Shown: positions 25,894 through 34,081, counted from the first letter of the stretch. The stretch is 64,000 bases of DNA from an uncultured archaeon (GCA_902385655.1 CABMGO010000006.1:10329-74328); one strand, 5' to 3'. Numbers and translations: made by a program. Notes: generated by a model not told the origin, from the letters alone.

Positions 25894-25990
25894 TTTCTAA
25901 AAAAAATTCTTCAACAACGGAAAAATAAAATTATCTGTACAAAGTTTGTCTTTTTGCTCTTTAGCCGTAGGCTTTATGAGCCCAAAGCAA

Positions 25991-26407
25991 TTAACGATAA
26001 GAGGTTTGTCTTTTTGCTCTTGCTTTAGAGTCTCCAGGCTTGTAAGCTTCTTTTCTTCTTGTGTCAGCAACAAGCATACTTCTATCATAAGAAATGAACG
26101 CTTGTCTAACTTTATCGTTCTTAGTATATTCAACAATAACTCTTGCAATAGCTAGTCTAGCAGCTTCGATTTGTGAAGATGTTCCGCCACTTTTTACATT
26201 TACATCAATATCCATATCTAATTTTCCTAAAACTTGTTCAGCAATGATAAGCGATTCTTTCAATTCTAACTGTTGTAGCATTGGATAAGCTTCAATAATT
26301 TTATCATTAATCATAACTTTTCCATTTCCTGGTTTTGCTGTTGCTTTAGCTATAGCTGTTTTTCTTTTACCAGATACAACCTTATTTGGAACAATATTCA
26401 TTGCCAT
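25991..26407 (-). CDS. rps9: 30S ribosomal protein S9 (uS9)
   Basis: GGTSSQIEAARLAIARV...ARAKRQTSYR. Confidence 0.9.
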   Translation of the reverse strand: MAMNIVPNKVVSGKRKTAIAKATAKPGNGKVMINDKIIEAYPMLQQLELKESLIIAEQVLGKLDMDIDVNVKSGGTSSQIEAARLAIARVIVEYTKNDKVRQAFISYDRSMLVADTRRKEAYKPGDSKARAKRQTSYR

Positions 26408-26814
26408 TAGATATATTTAGCAACCTCCGCAAGTGTGATGTACTTAAGGGGTTTATGAGATTTTATTTTTTCAACTTTCTTTAACTCTTCTGCTGTCAAT
26501 GGTCCGTTCCCTACAAAGCATCTTAGTCTATCGAAAGCTTCTCTTCCTTTTGTTCTGTCCCATGGCAACATTCCTCTTATCATTCTTTTCATTAATCTGT
26601 CAGCATATCTAGAAACTTTTGGACCTTTCAAACCTATACCTCCAAGTTTTCTCCATTCGGAAACTGATCCAATAACTTCTTGAGGATTTCCAGTAATTAT
26701 TGATTTTTCAGCATTGATTATAGCAACTTCTTTTCCTTTCAAAAGTTCTTTACAGGCCATGCTCCCGACTCTTCCTAGAGCAATTCCGTTAGCATCAAAA
26801 TATAATTTTACCAT
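26407..26814 (-). CDS. rpl13: 50S ribosomal protein L13 (uL13)
   Basis: Typical uL13 N-terminus DANG..LGR..S..AK.LL.G; 1-nt overlap with rps9. Confidence 0.9.
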   Translation of the reverse strand: MVKLYFDANGIALGRVGSMACKELLKGKEVAIINAEKSIITGNPQEVIGSVSEWRKLGGIGLKGPKVSRYADRLMKRMIRGMLPWDRTKGREAFDRLRCFVGNGPLTAEELKKVEKIKSHKPLKYITLAEVAKYI

Positions 26815-26815
26815 T

Positions 26816-27184
26816 TTATAATATTCTTACTCCTTTGAAATCTTTATTTGTTTTTAATTCTTCTTGTACTGAAATAAATTCTCCCTTTACAGCTTTTATT
26901 TTTTCAACTGCATTTTCAGAAGCACTCCAAGAAACTATTTTTACTTTCTTTGTTAAATCGCCAGAAGCCAAAACTTTTCCAGGAACAAAAACTTTTTCAC
27001 CATCTTTAACCATTTTGTCAATTTGAGTTAAATTAACAGAAGGCCATTTTTTTCTTGGCATTGCCAATAATTTCGCAACTTCGGTATTTGTATTTTTCAA
27101 TTCCAATATGGCATTAACTAAGTACGGATTTGCCTTTGTTTCTGCTCTTCTTGCAATGTGTGTTTTGCTTATTGTTCTTTCCAT
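26816..27184 (-). CDS. rpl18e: 50S ribosomal protein L18e
   Basis: 122 aa, position rpoD-L18e-L13-S9 and sequence pattern. Confidence 0.8.
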   Translation of the reverse strand: MERTISKTHIARRAETKANPYLVNAILELKNTNTEVAKLLAMPRKKWPSVNLTQIDKMVKDGEKVFVPGKVLASGDLTKKVKIVSWSASENAVEKIKAVKGEFISVQEELKTNKDFKGVRIL

Positions 27185-27302
27185 TTTTAATAATCGCTGC
27201 TAGAAATCAATTAATGATTTCCTACTAAATCGCGTTAGCTTGCAGGATAAAACTTTGTGTTGAGGAGGGTTTATAAAGATTGTTATTGGGTTTCATTTAT
27301 TC

Positions 27303-27385
27303 GGGGAGATGCCGGAGTGGTCAAACGGGCGACGTTAAGGCCGTCGTAGCTTACGCTTACAGGGGTTCGAGTCCTCTTCTCCCCA
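27303..27385 (+). tRNA. tRNA-Leu with anticodon AAG (A34; unusual)
   Basis: Acceptor GGGGAGA/TCTCCCC, D stem CCG/CGG, anticodon stem CGACG/CGTCG with loop TTAAGGC, long variable arm, T arm AGGGG-TTCGAGT-CCTCT, discriminator A. Confidence 0.8.
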
Positions 27386-27622
27386 CTAAAACATATTGAG
27401 CGAAGTGAAATATGTTAAGAGGATTCTAATGCTATTTCGGAGAATCAGGGGTTAAAATTTTTGCTCTTCAATATATTTTGCATCAGCAATAAAAGTAAAA
27501 AATCAGAAGAGTGAAAATTTTACAGAGTCCGAGCAAAACACTTTTGATTTTCTTTTTGCATCAGCAAGAAGTGTTTAGTTTTTCAAAAGTATTTTGCAAG
27601 TATCTTCTCCCGAAAATCCTAT

Positions 27623-27769
27623 TTAATCTTTCTCAAGAATTCTAATCAGTCCGTCTAATTTTCCATTAAGAACTTTTAATCCTCTATTAAAATATCTTAA
27701 ATTCATTTTTGTTTGAGCGCATATTTTTCCGACGTAATGAGAAACATAATCACCTATATTGGATTCCAT
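27623..27769 (-). CDS. small ORF (48 aa) 4 nt downstream of rpoD; coding status uncertain
   Basis: MESNIGDYVSHYVGKICAQTKMNLRYFNRGLKVLNGKLDGLIRILEKD; TAA-CAAG-ATG junction with rpoD. Confidence 0.25.
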   Translation of the reverse strand: MESNIGDYVSHYVGKICAQTKMNLRYFNRGLKVLNGKLDGLIRILEKD

Positions 27770-27773
27770 CTTG

Positions 27774-28481
27774 TTACTTCAATTCTTTAGAAAGTTCATC
27801 TAAATTCTTGTTCAAAGCCTTTACAGCATCTTTGAAAATTTCTTCAGCATCAATTTGGCCCCAGGATTCAATTGTGTAAATTAAATCTTCAGTTGGAGTA
27901 ACTTTAACGCCTTTGAATTCTTCTAATTCTTCAGTATCAATATCTAAAGCAGCTTCATTCTTAACTTTCAACTTTCCACCCTCAACTGCAAAAACTTCAG
28001 GATACATTTCAGCAAGTTCAGTTGATTTTTCAGCATCCTTTCCTACTTCAACTTTATTAAAATGTCTATAACTTAAAAGTCCTGGAGAGAACTTTGCATG
28101 TTCAATTCCTTTTCCTTGCTTTGCCTTTGCAACAAGTTCTATTTCTTGTTGTTTGTCAAGAATAACAATTGGGATATTATCATAAACAACTTCTTTTCCT
28201 AAATCTTTTGCTAAAACTTCTCTTCTTTGTCCCTCAGCTTTTACAGAAAGTTTCATTTCAACAACGTCTCCTTCCTTTACTTTTTGATTTTTTAAAGGAA
28301 CTAAACCTACTCTATGTGCAATAATCTCATCATATAATGCAGAGTCATTTTTATAAATGTCTACTTCATCGACAGCTAAAATTGGAATTTCATTAGCACT
28401 TCTTCTAATTGCATTCGCCAAACTAACATTCATGTCTGTCTTGAACACAACCTTATTGTTTTTTTCTGATATTTTTTCCAT
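27774..28481 (-). CDS. rpoD: DNA-directed RNA polymerase subunit D (Rpo3)
   Basis: ANAIRR...PILAVD...DE.IAHR.GL.PL; ATG 28481 (track start 28496 is TTG). Confidence 0.85.
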   Translation of the reverse strand: MEKISEKNNKVVFKTDMNVSLANAIRRSANEIPILAVDEVDIYKNDSALYDEIIAHRVGLVPLKNQKVKEGDVVEMKLSVKAEGQRREVLAKDLGKEVVYDNIPIVILDKQQEIELVAKAKQGKGIEHAKFSPGLLSYRHFNKVEVGKDAEKSTELAEMYPEVFAVEGGKLKVKNEAALDIDTEELEEFKGVKVTPTEDLIYTIESWGQIDAEEIFKDAVKALNKNLDELSKELK

Positions 28482-28513
28482 TTTATTATTTATCAAAGTT
28501 TATTTTTAAAGCT

Positions 28514-28894
28514 TTATACACGTCTTCCTCTTCTTCCGCCGCCTTTCTTTGGTCCGCCTCTTGCAACCTTAGTAGTGTCAGCAATACTTATGATTTTGAA
28601 TCCTTCTTTCTGAAGAGTCTTGACAAGTGAATGTGCTCCTGGCCCAGGTCCTGTTTCACCAGTTTGTCCTCGGATTCTAACGTAAAGAGAAGAGATCTCA
28701 TAGTCTCTTGCAATTTCTTTTAATCTCTTTGCAATGAACATGGCAATTGTTGGGTTTGCTTTCAATCTGTCTTGCTTTGTAATTATTCCACCAGAAACTT
28801 TCGCAATAGTATTTCCAGCCAAATCCGTTAATTGCGCGATAGTATTATTGAAGCTACTGTAAATATGGATTATTGCTGTTTTTCCTTCTGCCAT
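28514..28894 (-). CDS. rps11: 30S ribosomal protein S11 (uS11)
   Basis: IIHIYSSFNNTIAQLTD..G...VSGG. Confidence 0.9.
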   Translation of the reverse strand: MAEGKTAIIHIYSSFNNTIAQLTDLAGNTIAKVSGGIITKQDRLKANPTIAMFIAKRLKEIARDYEISSLYVRIRGQTGETGPGPGAHSLVKTLQKEGFKIISIADTTKVARGGPKKGGGRRGRRV

Positions 28895-28895
28895 T

Positions 28896-29387
28896 TTATT
28901 GTTCTACTACTGCCTCCTTTTTCTCTTTAATCTTTCCAGCGATTAATGAAATCTTGCTTTCTAAATCTTTAGTTACAAAGAACGAGGGAACATTAACTGT
29001 TCTTCCATTTACAGAGATGCTATTGTGCGAAATTATTTGTCTAGCTTGTAATGGAGTTTTTGCTAAACCTTTCTTAAAAACAATTGTTTGCAATCTTCTA
29101 TCAAGCCAGTTTTCAGTCTTTAATGCTAAGACATCTGCAATATTTTCAATGTTCAATCCCATTCCATTTAATTTATTGAAAAATTCCTTTTTCTCTTCAG
29201 GAGACTTTGGGATTAATGTTTTAGCTCTATTTCTTAATGTAGAAATCTTTGCAGAAGCTTTCCAAATTTCTCTTTTACTTTTTAATCCATATTTCTGAAC
29301 AATTTCTTTTTCAGCTGCAATTCTTGCTGCATCAAATGCCTTTCTAGGTCTTGAATACAAATTTGGTTTTCTTTTTATGTCGCCCAT
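28896..29387 (-). CDS. rps4: 30S ribosomal protein S4 (uS4)
   Basis: 163 aa, S4 domain RLQTIVFKKGLAKT..QARQ.I.H. Confidence 0.9.
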   Translation of the reverse strand: MGDIKRKPNLYSRPRKAFDAARIAAEKEIVQKYGLKSKREIWKASAKISTLRNRAKTLIPKSPEEKKEFFNKLNGMGLNIENIADVLALKTENWLDRRLQTIVFKKGLAKTPLQARQIISHNSISVNGRTVNVPSFFVTKDLESKISLIAGKIKEKKEAVVEQ

Positions 29388-29388
29388 C

Positions 29389-29937
29389 TTATTTCTTCTT
29401 CTCCGCTACCATTGGTTTAGCTGTAGGTTTAGACTGGGTCTTAGCACTCATTCCACTCTTCTTTTTATTAACTCTGAAGTGAGATTTTGTTCTTTGTCCT
29501 CTAACTGGTTGTCCTAATGTGTGTCTCACTCCTTTGTAAGACTTTATCTTCTTCATTCTCTTTATATCAAATTCAACTTGTAAATCTAAATCTGTTCCGT
29601 AAATATGTCTATCTGTTCCCAAATCTCTATCCTTTCTTCTATTTAATAGATACAATGGCATTCCTTGAGGATTTTTAATGTAATCTTCAATTTTGTGAAT
29701 TTCTTGTTCATTCAAATCTTGGATTTTCTTATTTTTGTCTAATTTTAAATTTTTACAAACTGCATTTGAAAATGTCCAAGAAACCCCATTGATTTGGCAC
29801 AATCCTCTATACGTTTTCATGTCTCCTCGAATATCTTTAGATAAAATTCTAACTAACTTAACTAACTCTTCTGGCTTTGGTTGACCAGGCTTTCCCTTCG
29901 GTGGTTGTTTTTTTTCTTCTATTTTTTGTTCGCTCAT
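29389..29937 (-). CDS. rps13: 30S ribosomal protein S13 (uS13)
   Basis: LVRILSKDIRGD...GLCQINGV...GQRTKS. Confidence 0.9.
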   Translation of the reverse strand: MSEQKIEEKKQPPKGKPGQPKPEELVKLVRILSKDIRGDMKTYRGLCQINGVSWTFSNAVCKNLKLDKNKKIQDLNEQEIHKIEDYIKNPQGMPLYLLNRRKDRDLGTDRHIYGTDLDLQVEFDIKRMKKIKSYKGVRHTLGQPVRGQRTKSHFRVNKKKSGMSAKTQSKPTAKPMVAEKKK

Positions 29938-30470
29938 CGTATGAATAAGTTTTGCCTTTGAATTTCAGTTAACTCCTCATAAATCCTTTTTTCTATGGCT
30001 TTTTGAGGGTCTGGAATTCCAGCAACTCTTGATTTAATATCTTCGAAAGATTCAAATGGCTTTTTATCTCTTTCGTCTAATATCGCGTCGCAGTGTTTCT
30101 TTCCGAAACCTGGGAGCAATTCGAACTGGTGTAATCGAGTATTTATAGCTTGCGCTTTGTTGAAAAACTCAATAAATCTTGTTTCTTTTTCTTTTACTGC
30201 TTTAGCAATAAAATCCTGAAGTTGCATCTTTGCATTTTCAGTAAGTTTTTCTCTTAATAATCTTCCTTGAATAAACTGGATTTTGTCTCTCTTTCCTTCT
30301 CCAATATAAACTTCTTCTTGTAATTCGAATGTAGATCCTTTTCTAGGAACTAACTGCAACAAGGTAAAATTATTCTTGCCAATAGCCTGAACTACTGGAA
30401 AGGTTCTTTTCTCTAACGGATACCCGTAAGGTAAATAATCTAAGACGATTGCGGATTCTTCTTTGTCCAT
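29934..30470 (-). CDS. DUF655 / COG1491 RNA-binding protein
   Basis: VLDYLPYGYP N-terminus, C-terminal helix-hairpin-helix-like LPGFGKK; canonical neighbour of rpoF. Confidence 0.7.
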   Translation of the reverse strand: MDKEESAIVLDYLPYGYPLEKRTFPVVQAIGKNNFTLLQLVPRKGSTFELQEEVYIGEGKRDKIQFIQGRLLREKLTENAKMQLQDFIAKAVKEKETRFIEFFNKAQAINTRLHQFELLPGFGKKHCDAILDERDKKPFESFEDIKSRVAGIPDPQKAIEKRIYEELTEIQRQNLFIR

Positions 30471-30475
30471 TTTTA

Positions 30476-30775
30476 CTAATATTTTTTAACAACATCTAAA
30501 ATTTTATTAATTTCGTCTTGGTCCAATGAGTTATCAGAAACAATTTTCAAAATATCTGAAGCATCCTTTGGTAAGAAATTAACAATATTCACGATATGCT
30601 CGTCTTTCAATTTAATTATCTTAAGCTCAGTAAGTTCTTCTTTCAAGGCCTTTGCCTCAGTAGGTTTCAAACTATAAAATTCTTTGATAAATCCTTTTAT
30701 TTTAGTTGCTTTTTCTCCATCTCCAATTAAGGAAACAACTTCTCCATATGTTAAAGGTGTTTGGTTTTTTATCAT
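30476..30775 (-). CDS. rpoF: DNA-directed RNA polymerase subunit F (Rpo4)
   Basis: 99 aa, position between rpl21e and DUF655, Rpb4-like helical pattern. Confidence 0.65.
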   Translation of the reverse strand: MIKNQTPLTYGEVVSLIGDGEKATKIKGFIKEFYSLKPTEAKALKEELTELKIIKLKDEHIVNIVNFLPKDASDILKIVSDNSLDQDEINKILDVVKKY

Positions 30776-31023
30776 CTTAATCTCTTCAAATGTATTGGGT
30801 GAACAATGTAATCTTTTGCAAGATTTCCATCCATTATTCTTACAATTTTTGACTTTCCTTTATTCCCGATTACAACTCCAGTACTTCCAACCATTCTTTC
30901 AGGATAGTAAGAAGGAATACTTTTTTCTTTCACAATTGCTACTTTATCATTTAATTTTAATTCTTTAAAGTACTCACTAAATTGTATTTTTCCCTTTTGT
31001 CTTATGCTTTTTCTTTTTGTCAT
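30772..31023 (-). CDS. rpl21e: 50S ribosomal protein L21e
   Basis: 83 aa; basic N-terminus, SH3-like VVIGNKGKSKIVRI...IHPIHLKRL. Confidence 0.8.
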   Translation of the reverse strand: MTKRKSIRQKGKIQFSEYFKELKLNDKVAIVKEKSIPSYYPERMVGSTGVVIGNKGKSKIVRIMDGNLAKDYIVHPIHLKRLR

Positions 31024-31025
31024 TT

Positions 31026-31340
31026 TCAGTTTTTGTGTATTTTATGTTCGAGCTCAGTTCGCATTTTTTCTAAGACTTCAGTAATCGCAATGAAGGGATT
31101 TACGTCTTGTCTTTCAGACTCAACTTTTCCTCGGTCGTATATTACTTGTCCTCGAATCTCGAAATGATTATTGTTCGCTTTTTTGTGAATTCTCATTTCA
31201 AGTTTAAGCTCTTGGTAATCAACAACTCTTCTGATTTTCTCAGCATGTTTATCAACCAATTTCTTCGCGACAATCATTTCATCATCGTCGAGCTGAAACT
31301 TTTCCAGTAATATCTTACTGTCTGGTTGAGTCATTACCAT
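31026..31340 (-). CDS. HPF/RaiA (S30AE)-like ribosome-associated protein
   Basis: Beta-alpha-beta-beta-beta-alpha pattern: ILLEKFQL, MIVAKKLVDKHAEKIRR, LKLEMRIHK, HFEIRGQVIY, NPFIAITEVLEKMRTELEHKIHK resembles bacterial YfiA/HPF. Confidence 0.4.
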   Translation of the reverse strand: MVMTQPDSKILLEKFQLDDDEMIVAKKLVDKHAEKIRRVVDYQELKLEMRIHKKANNNHFEIRGQVIYDRGKVESERQDVNPFIAITEVLEKMRTELEHKIHKN

Positions 31341-31369
31341 TTTATTCAAACAAAATAGTCGTTTTTAAA

Positions 31370-31484
31370 CCTTTGGCCAAAGGCTATATGGAGTTTTTCT
31401 TCGGAAAAAGTTCTTTGGTCGCAGGCCACGATGGACTGACTCGATCAGTTCTTTTGCCGTAGGCTTCACGGAAGCAAAGCGACC
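31370..31484. other. structured non-coding region (palindrome, UUCG hairpin, multi-hairpin 31417-31484)
   Basis: CCTTTGGCCAAAGG 31370-31383; TTTTTC-TTCG-GAAAAA; outer stem GGTCGC/GCGACC enclosing ACTGA-CTCGA-TCAGT and CCGT-AGGCTTC-ACGG. Confidence 0.3.
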
Positions 31485-31585
31485 TTTATTGAGAGTATTT
31501 TCTATTAGCTTTACTCGAAATCATAATAGGCTGAATAGTTCTTAAAAATCTACGACCTTTTTTGTTATGCTTTATTAATTCAGAG

Positions 31586-31768
31586 TTAAGCCTCGCCTAC
31601 CCTGCCTAGTTCTAAATTTCCCTTAGACATTTCAGTATCGGTGTTTTCTATAATTGTCTTAAACATCTTTTCGCCCCAAACTCCTCTTCCACACCTATCA
31701 CAAACATCCATAGCTCTATTCGAAGGAACTTCGCCCTTGCAGTATACGCAACACTTTTTTGCTACCAT
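31586..31768 (-). CDS. small zinc-ribbon protein
   Basis: 60 aa; CVYC...CDRC. Confidence 0.5.
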   Translation of the reverse strand: MVAKKCCVYCKGEVPSNRAMDVCDRCGRGVWGEKMFKTIIENTDTEMSKGNLELGRVGEA

Positions 31769-31889
31769 CTTTTTTATTCTGAAGATAATTCTTCAATTTA
31801 TTTTTTATGCCTGCTTCTCTTTTTAAATACTTCTATTCTCGCCAATATATTTTAACAACATTTAAAAATAGGCTTGCTTTTTCAACAAT

Positions 31890-32726
31890 ATGAAAAAGGT
31901 GATCAGTTTGCTGTCTCTAGTTTTGTTAATATCTTTAGCAGCAGCATCGTCCAATCAATGCTCTCTTTCAGTTTCATTACTTAGTCAAGATCCATATCCT
32001 GCAACACCTGGAGAATATGTCAAACTAGTTTTTCAAGTTGAAGGAGCACAAGATGTTTCTTGTGGAGATATACAATTTGAATTATTGGAAAAATATCCTT
32101 TGATTTTTGATCCAAATACTTCTGGTAAAGTTTCACTGAAAGCCGGAACATTTGTACAAGACTACTCTAGTCATCTTATAATTCCTTACAAAGTAAGAGT
32201 CTCTCCAGATGCACTCAACGGAGATAATCCTATCGAAGTTCAATTCTCAAACAGAGGAGAAACGCAGTCTTTCTTGTCAAAAGAATTTAATCTTTCAGTT
32301 CAAGAAGCAAGGGTTAACTTTGAAGTTTACGTTAAGAACTTTGACTATAAAACAAATACTCTTACCTTAGAAATCTTAAATGTTGGAAAAGCAAATGTGC
32401 AAGCAGTAACTGTTGAAGTTCTAGGCGCGTCTAATTTAACTGTCAAAGGTTCAAAGACAAATATTATCGGAGATTTGGATTCCAATGAGTATACTACTAC
32501 TGATTTTGAAGTCTCACCCAGCTCTGCAATAATTCCTATGAACATTTATTACACGGATGGCGCAGGTATCAGGAGAACAACAACTGCTTCAGTATCTTTC
32601 ACACCAGAAAATTTCTTAGATAGAAAAGCAGACAAAAAAACTTCTTCTTCGACTCCTTTAATTATCGGGGTTGTTGTTCTAATAGCTGTAGGTTATTACT
32701 TCTACAGAAAAAGAAAGAAGAAATAA
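31890..32726 (+). CDS. secreted, C-terminally anchored surface protein (S-layer/CARDB-like beta domains)
   Basis: Signal peptide, beta-rich repeats, C-terminal TM helix plus RKRKKK. Confidence 0.55.
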   Translation: MKKVISLLSLVLLISLAAASSNQCSLSVSLLSQDPYPATPGEYVKLVFQVEGAQDVSCGDIQFELLEKYPLIFDPNTSGKVSLKAGTFVQDYSSHLIIPYKVRVSPDALNGDNPIEVQFSNRGETQSFLSKEFNLSVQEARVNFEVYVKNFDYKTNTLTLEILNVGKANVQAVTVEVLGASNLTVKGSKTNIIGDLDSNEYTTTDFEVSPSSAIIPMNIYYTDGAGIRRTTTASVSFTPENFLDRKADKKTSSSTPLIIGVVVLIAVGYYFYRKRKKK

Positions 32727-32872
32727 TTACACTTTCTGAACCCTATTTGATTTAATTCCTTCAACATTGAATGAGATTTTGTCTGAAACATATTCTTCTT
32801 ATTCTAAAAAAGTAGTTTGATGCAAGGATATTCATATCTCTCACCGAATAAGATGAGTAGAGTATTACTAAC

Positions 32873-34081
32873 TCATTCGTATCTTAATGCTTGAACTACG
32901 TTTATCTTTGAGGCCCTTATAGCAGGTAATACTCCTGAAACTGCTCCCGTTATTGTTGCAAATAAAATACAACCAATAAACAAGGAATAAGAATAATGTG
33001 GAGATAAGAATCCCCATCCTAAATTTACCAAGATAGTATTCGCAATTGAAGTAATTAAAAATCCCCATCCTACTCCAATAACTCCTGCAACAAATCCTAA
33101 AAATCCCGATTCAAATAAGAAAATATTAAATATTTCCGAATTCTTAGCACCAATCGCCTTTATGATTCCGATTTCTTTAAATCTCTCAAGCACAGAAGTA
33201 ATCATCGTATTAGAAGTATTTATTGCGGAAACTAAAACCGAGATCAATGCAATCAAAATTACAAAACCAATCACGATATTTAATGCACTTGTATATGACT
33301 TAACTAGATCTTCAAAAGACTGGACATAAAAATCTTCTTTTCCCTCTTTAAGGTTTCTAGAATTTCTCAAACTTCTTGTAATTGCATCGACAGTCGAAGG
33401 TATTTTTGTTTTGTCCACTTTTGCAACTATCCAAGAGAATCCCTTTATATCGGAGTATAATTTTTTCATACTGTCTGCAGTGAGATACACATTTGAATCA
33501 TCTTGGGGATTTCCTACCGGTGCATAAAAACCAGCCACTCGAAAATCTTTGCCCTCTATCGTGATTTTATCATTTAGGGATAAACCTTTTGAAAATATTT
33601 TGTTGTCCAATTTGTAGTCATACCCTAATGTAACCATTCCATCATCGCCTCTTTGTAATTCTCGTCCACTTTCAATACGGATGTCGGTGATTTGCATGAC
33701 TAACGGATTTTGTGGATCGTATCCACTTACAAAAATATATTTTTGCTCATCTCTTTTTTCAACTTTACCTATTTTTATATAAACTCCTGTTGCACTATAA
33801 ACTCCATTTGATTTTTCAACTGCACGAACATCTTGTTCTGTCAAATAAAAAGTATCATCTAATCCAAAACCTCCCATGCCTTTTGGTTGAATCATCACTT
33901 TATCAGAAGAGCCTCCTGCAGCAACAGAATCTATGTAATCATAAAGTCCCCAACCAAAACTGATAAAAATAAATATCGTAGATATTCCTAAGAAAATAGA
34001 AAGAATAGTCAATAGGCTTCTTGTTTTTCTATGTGCAATATTATTCAAAGAATATTTTATGTTTTCTAAACTAAGTGCCAT
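32873..34081 (-). CDS. ABC transporter permease, MacB/FtsX type
   Basis: N-terminal TM, large extracytoplasmic domain, C-terminal FtsX-like 3-TM module with RFKEIGIIKAIGA. Confidence 0.8.
   Translation of the reverse strand: MALSLENIKYSLNNIAHRKTRSLLTILSIFLGISTIFIFISFGWGLYDYIDSVAAGGSSDKVMIQPKGMGGFGLDDTFYLTEQDVRAVEKSNGVYSATGVYIKIGKVEKRDEQKYIFVSGYDPQNPLVMQITDIRIESGRELQRGDDGMVTLGYDYKLDNKIFSKGLSLNDKITIEGKDFRVAGFYAPVGNPQDDSNVYLTADSMKKLYSDIKGFSWIVAKVDKTKIPSTVDAITRSLRNSRNLKEGKEDFYVQSFEDLVKSYTSALNIVIGFVILIALISVLVSAINTSNTMITSVLERFKEIGIIKAIGAKNSEIFNIFLFESGFLGFVAGVIGVGWGFLITSIANTILVNLGWGFLSPHYSYSLFIGCILFATITGAVSGVLPAIRASKINVVQALRYE

Larger units (their letters stand above)
13550..25960. mobile_element. 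putative accessory / integrated island (boundaries uncertain)
   Basis: Serine recombinase plus two paralogs, many orphan genes, visibly higher G+C in 19.4-22.6 kb, and a break of the rps9-rpoN synteny at its right edge. Confidence 0.3.

Noticed and set aside
25897-26148. 83-aa minus-strand track ORF overlapping the 3' end of rps9
   Set aside because: It is out of frame with a well-supported ribosomal protein gene. Its open frame is partly created by the duplicated rps9 3' segment, which is reported as a finding instead.
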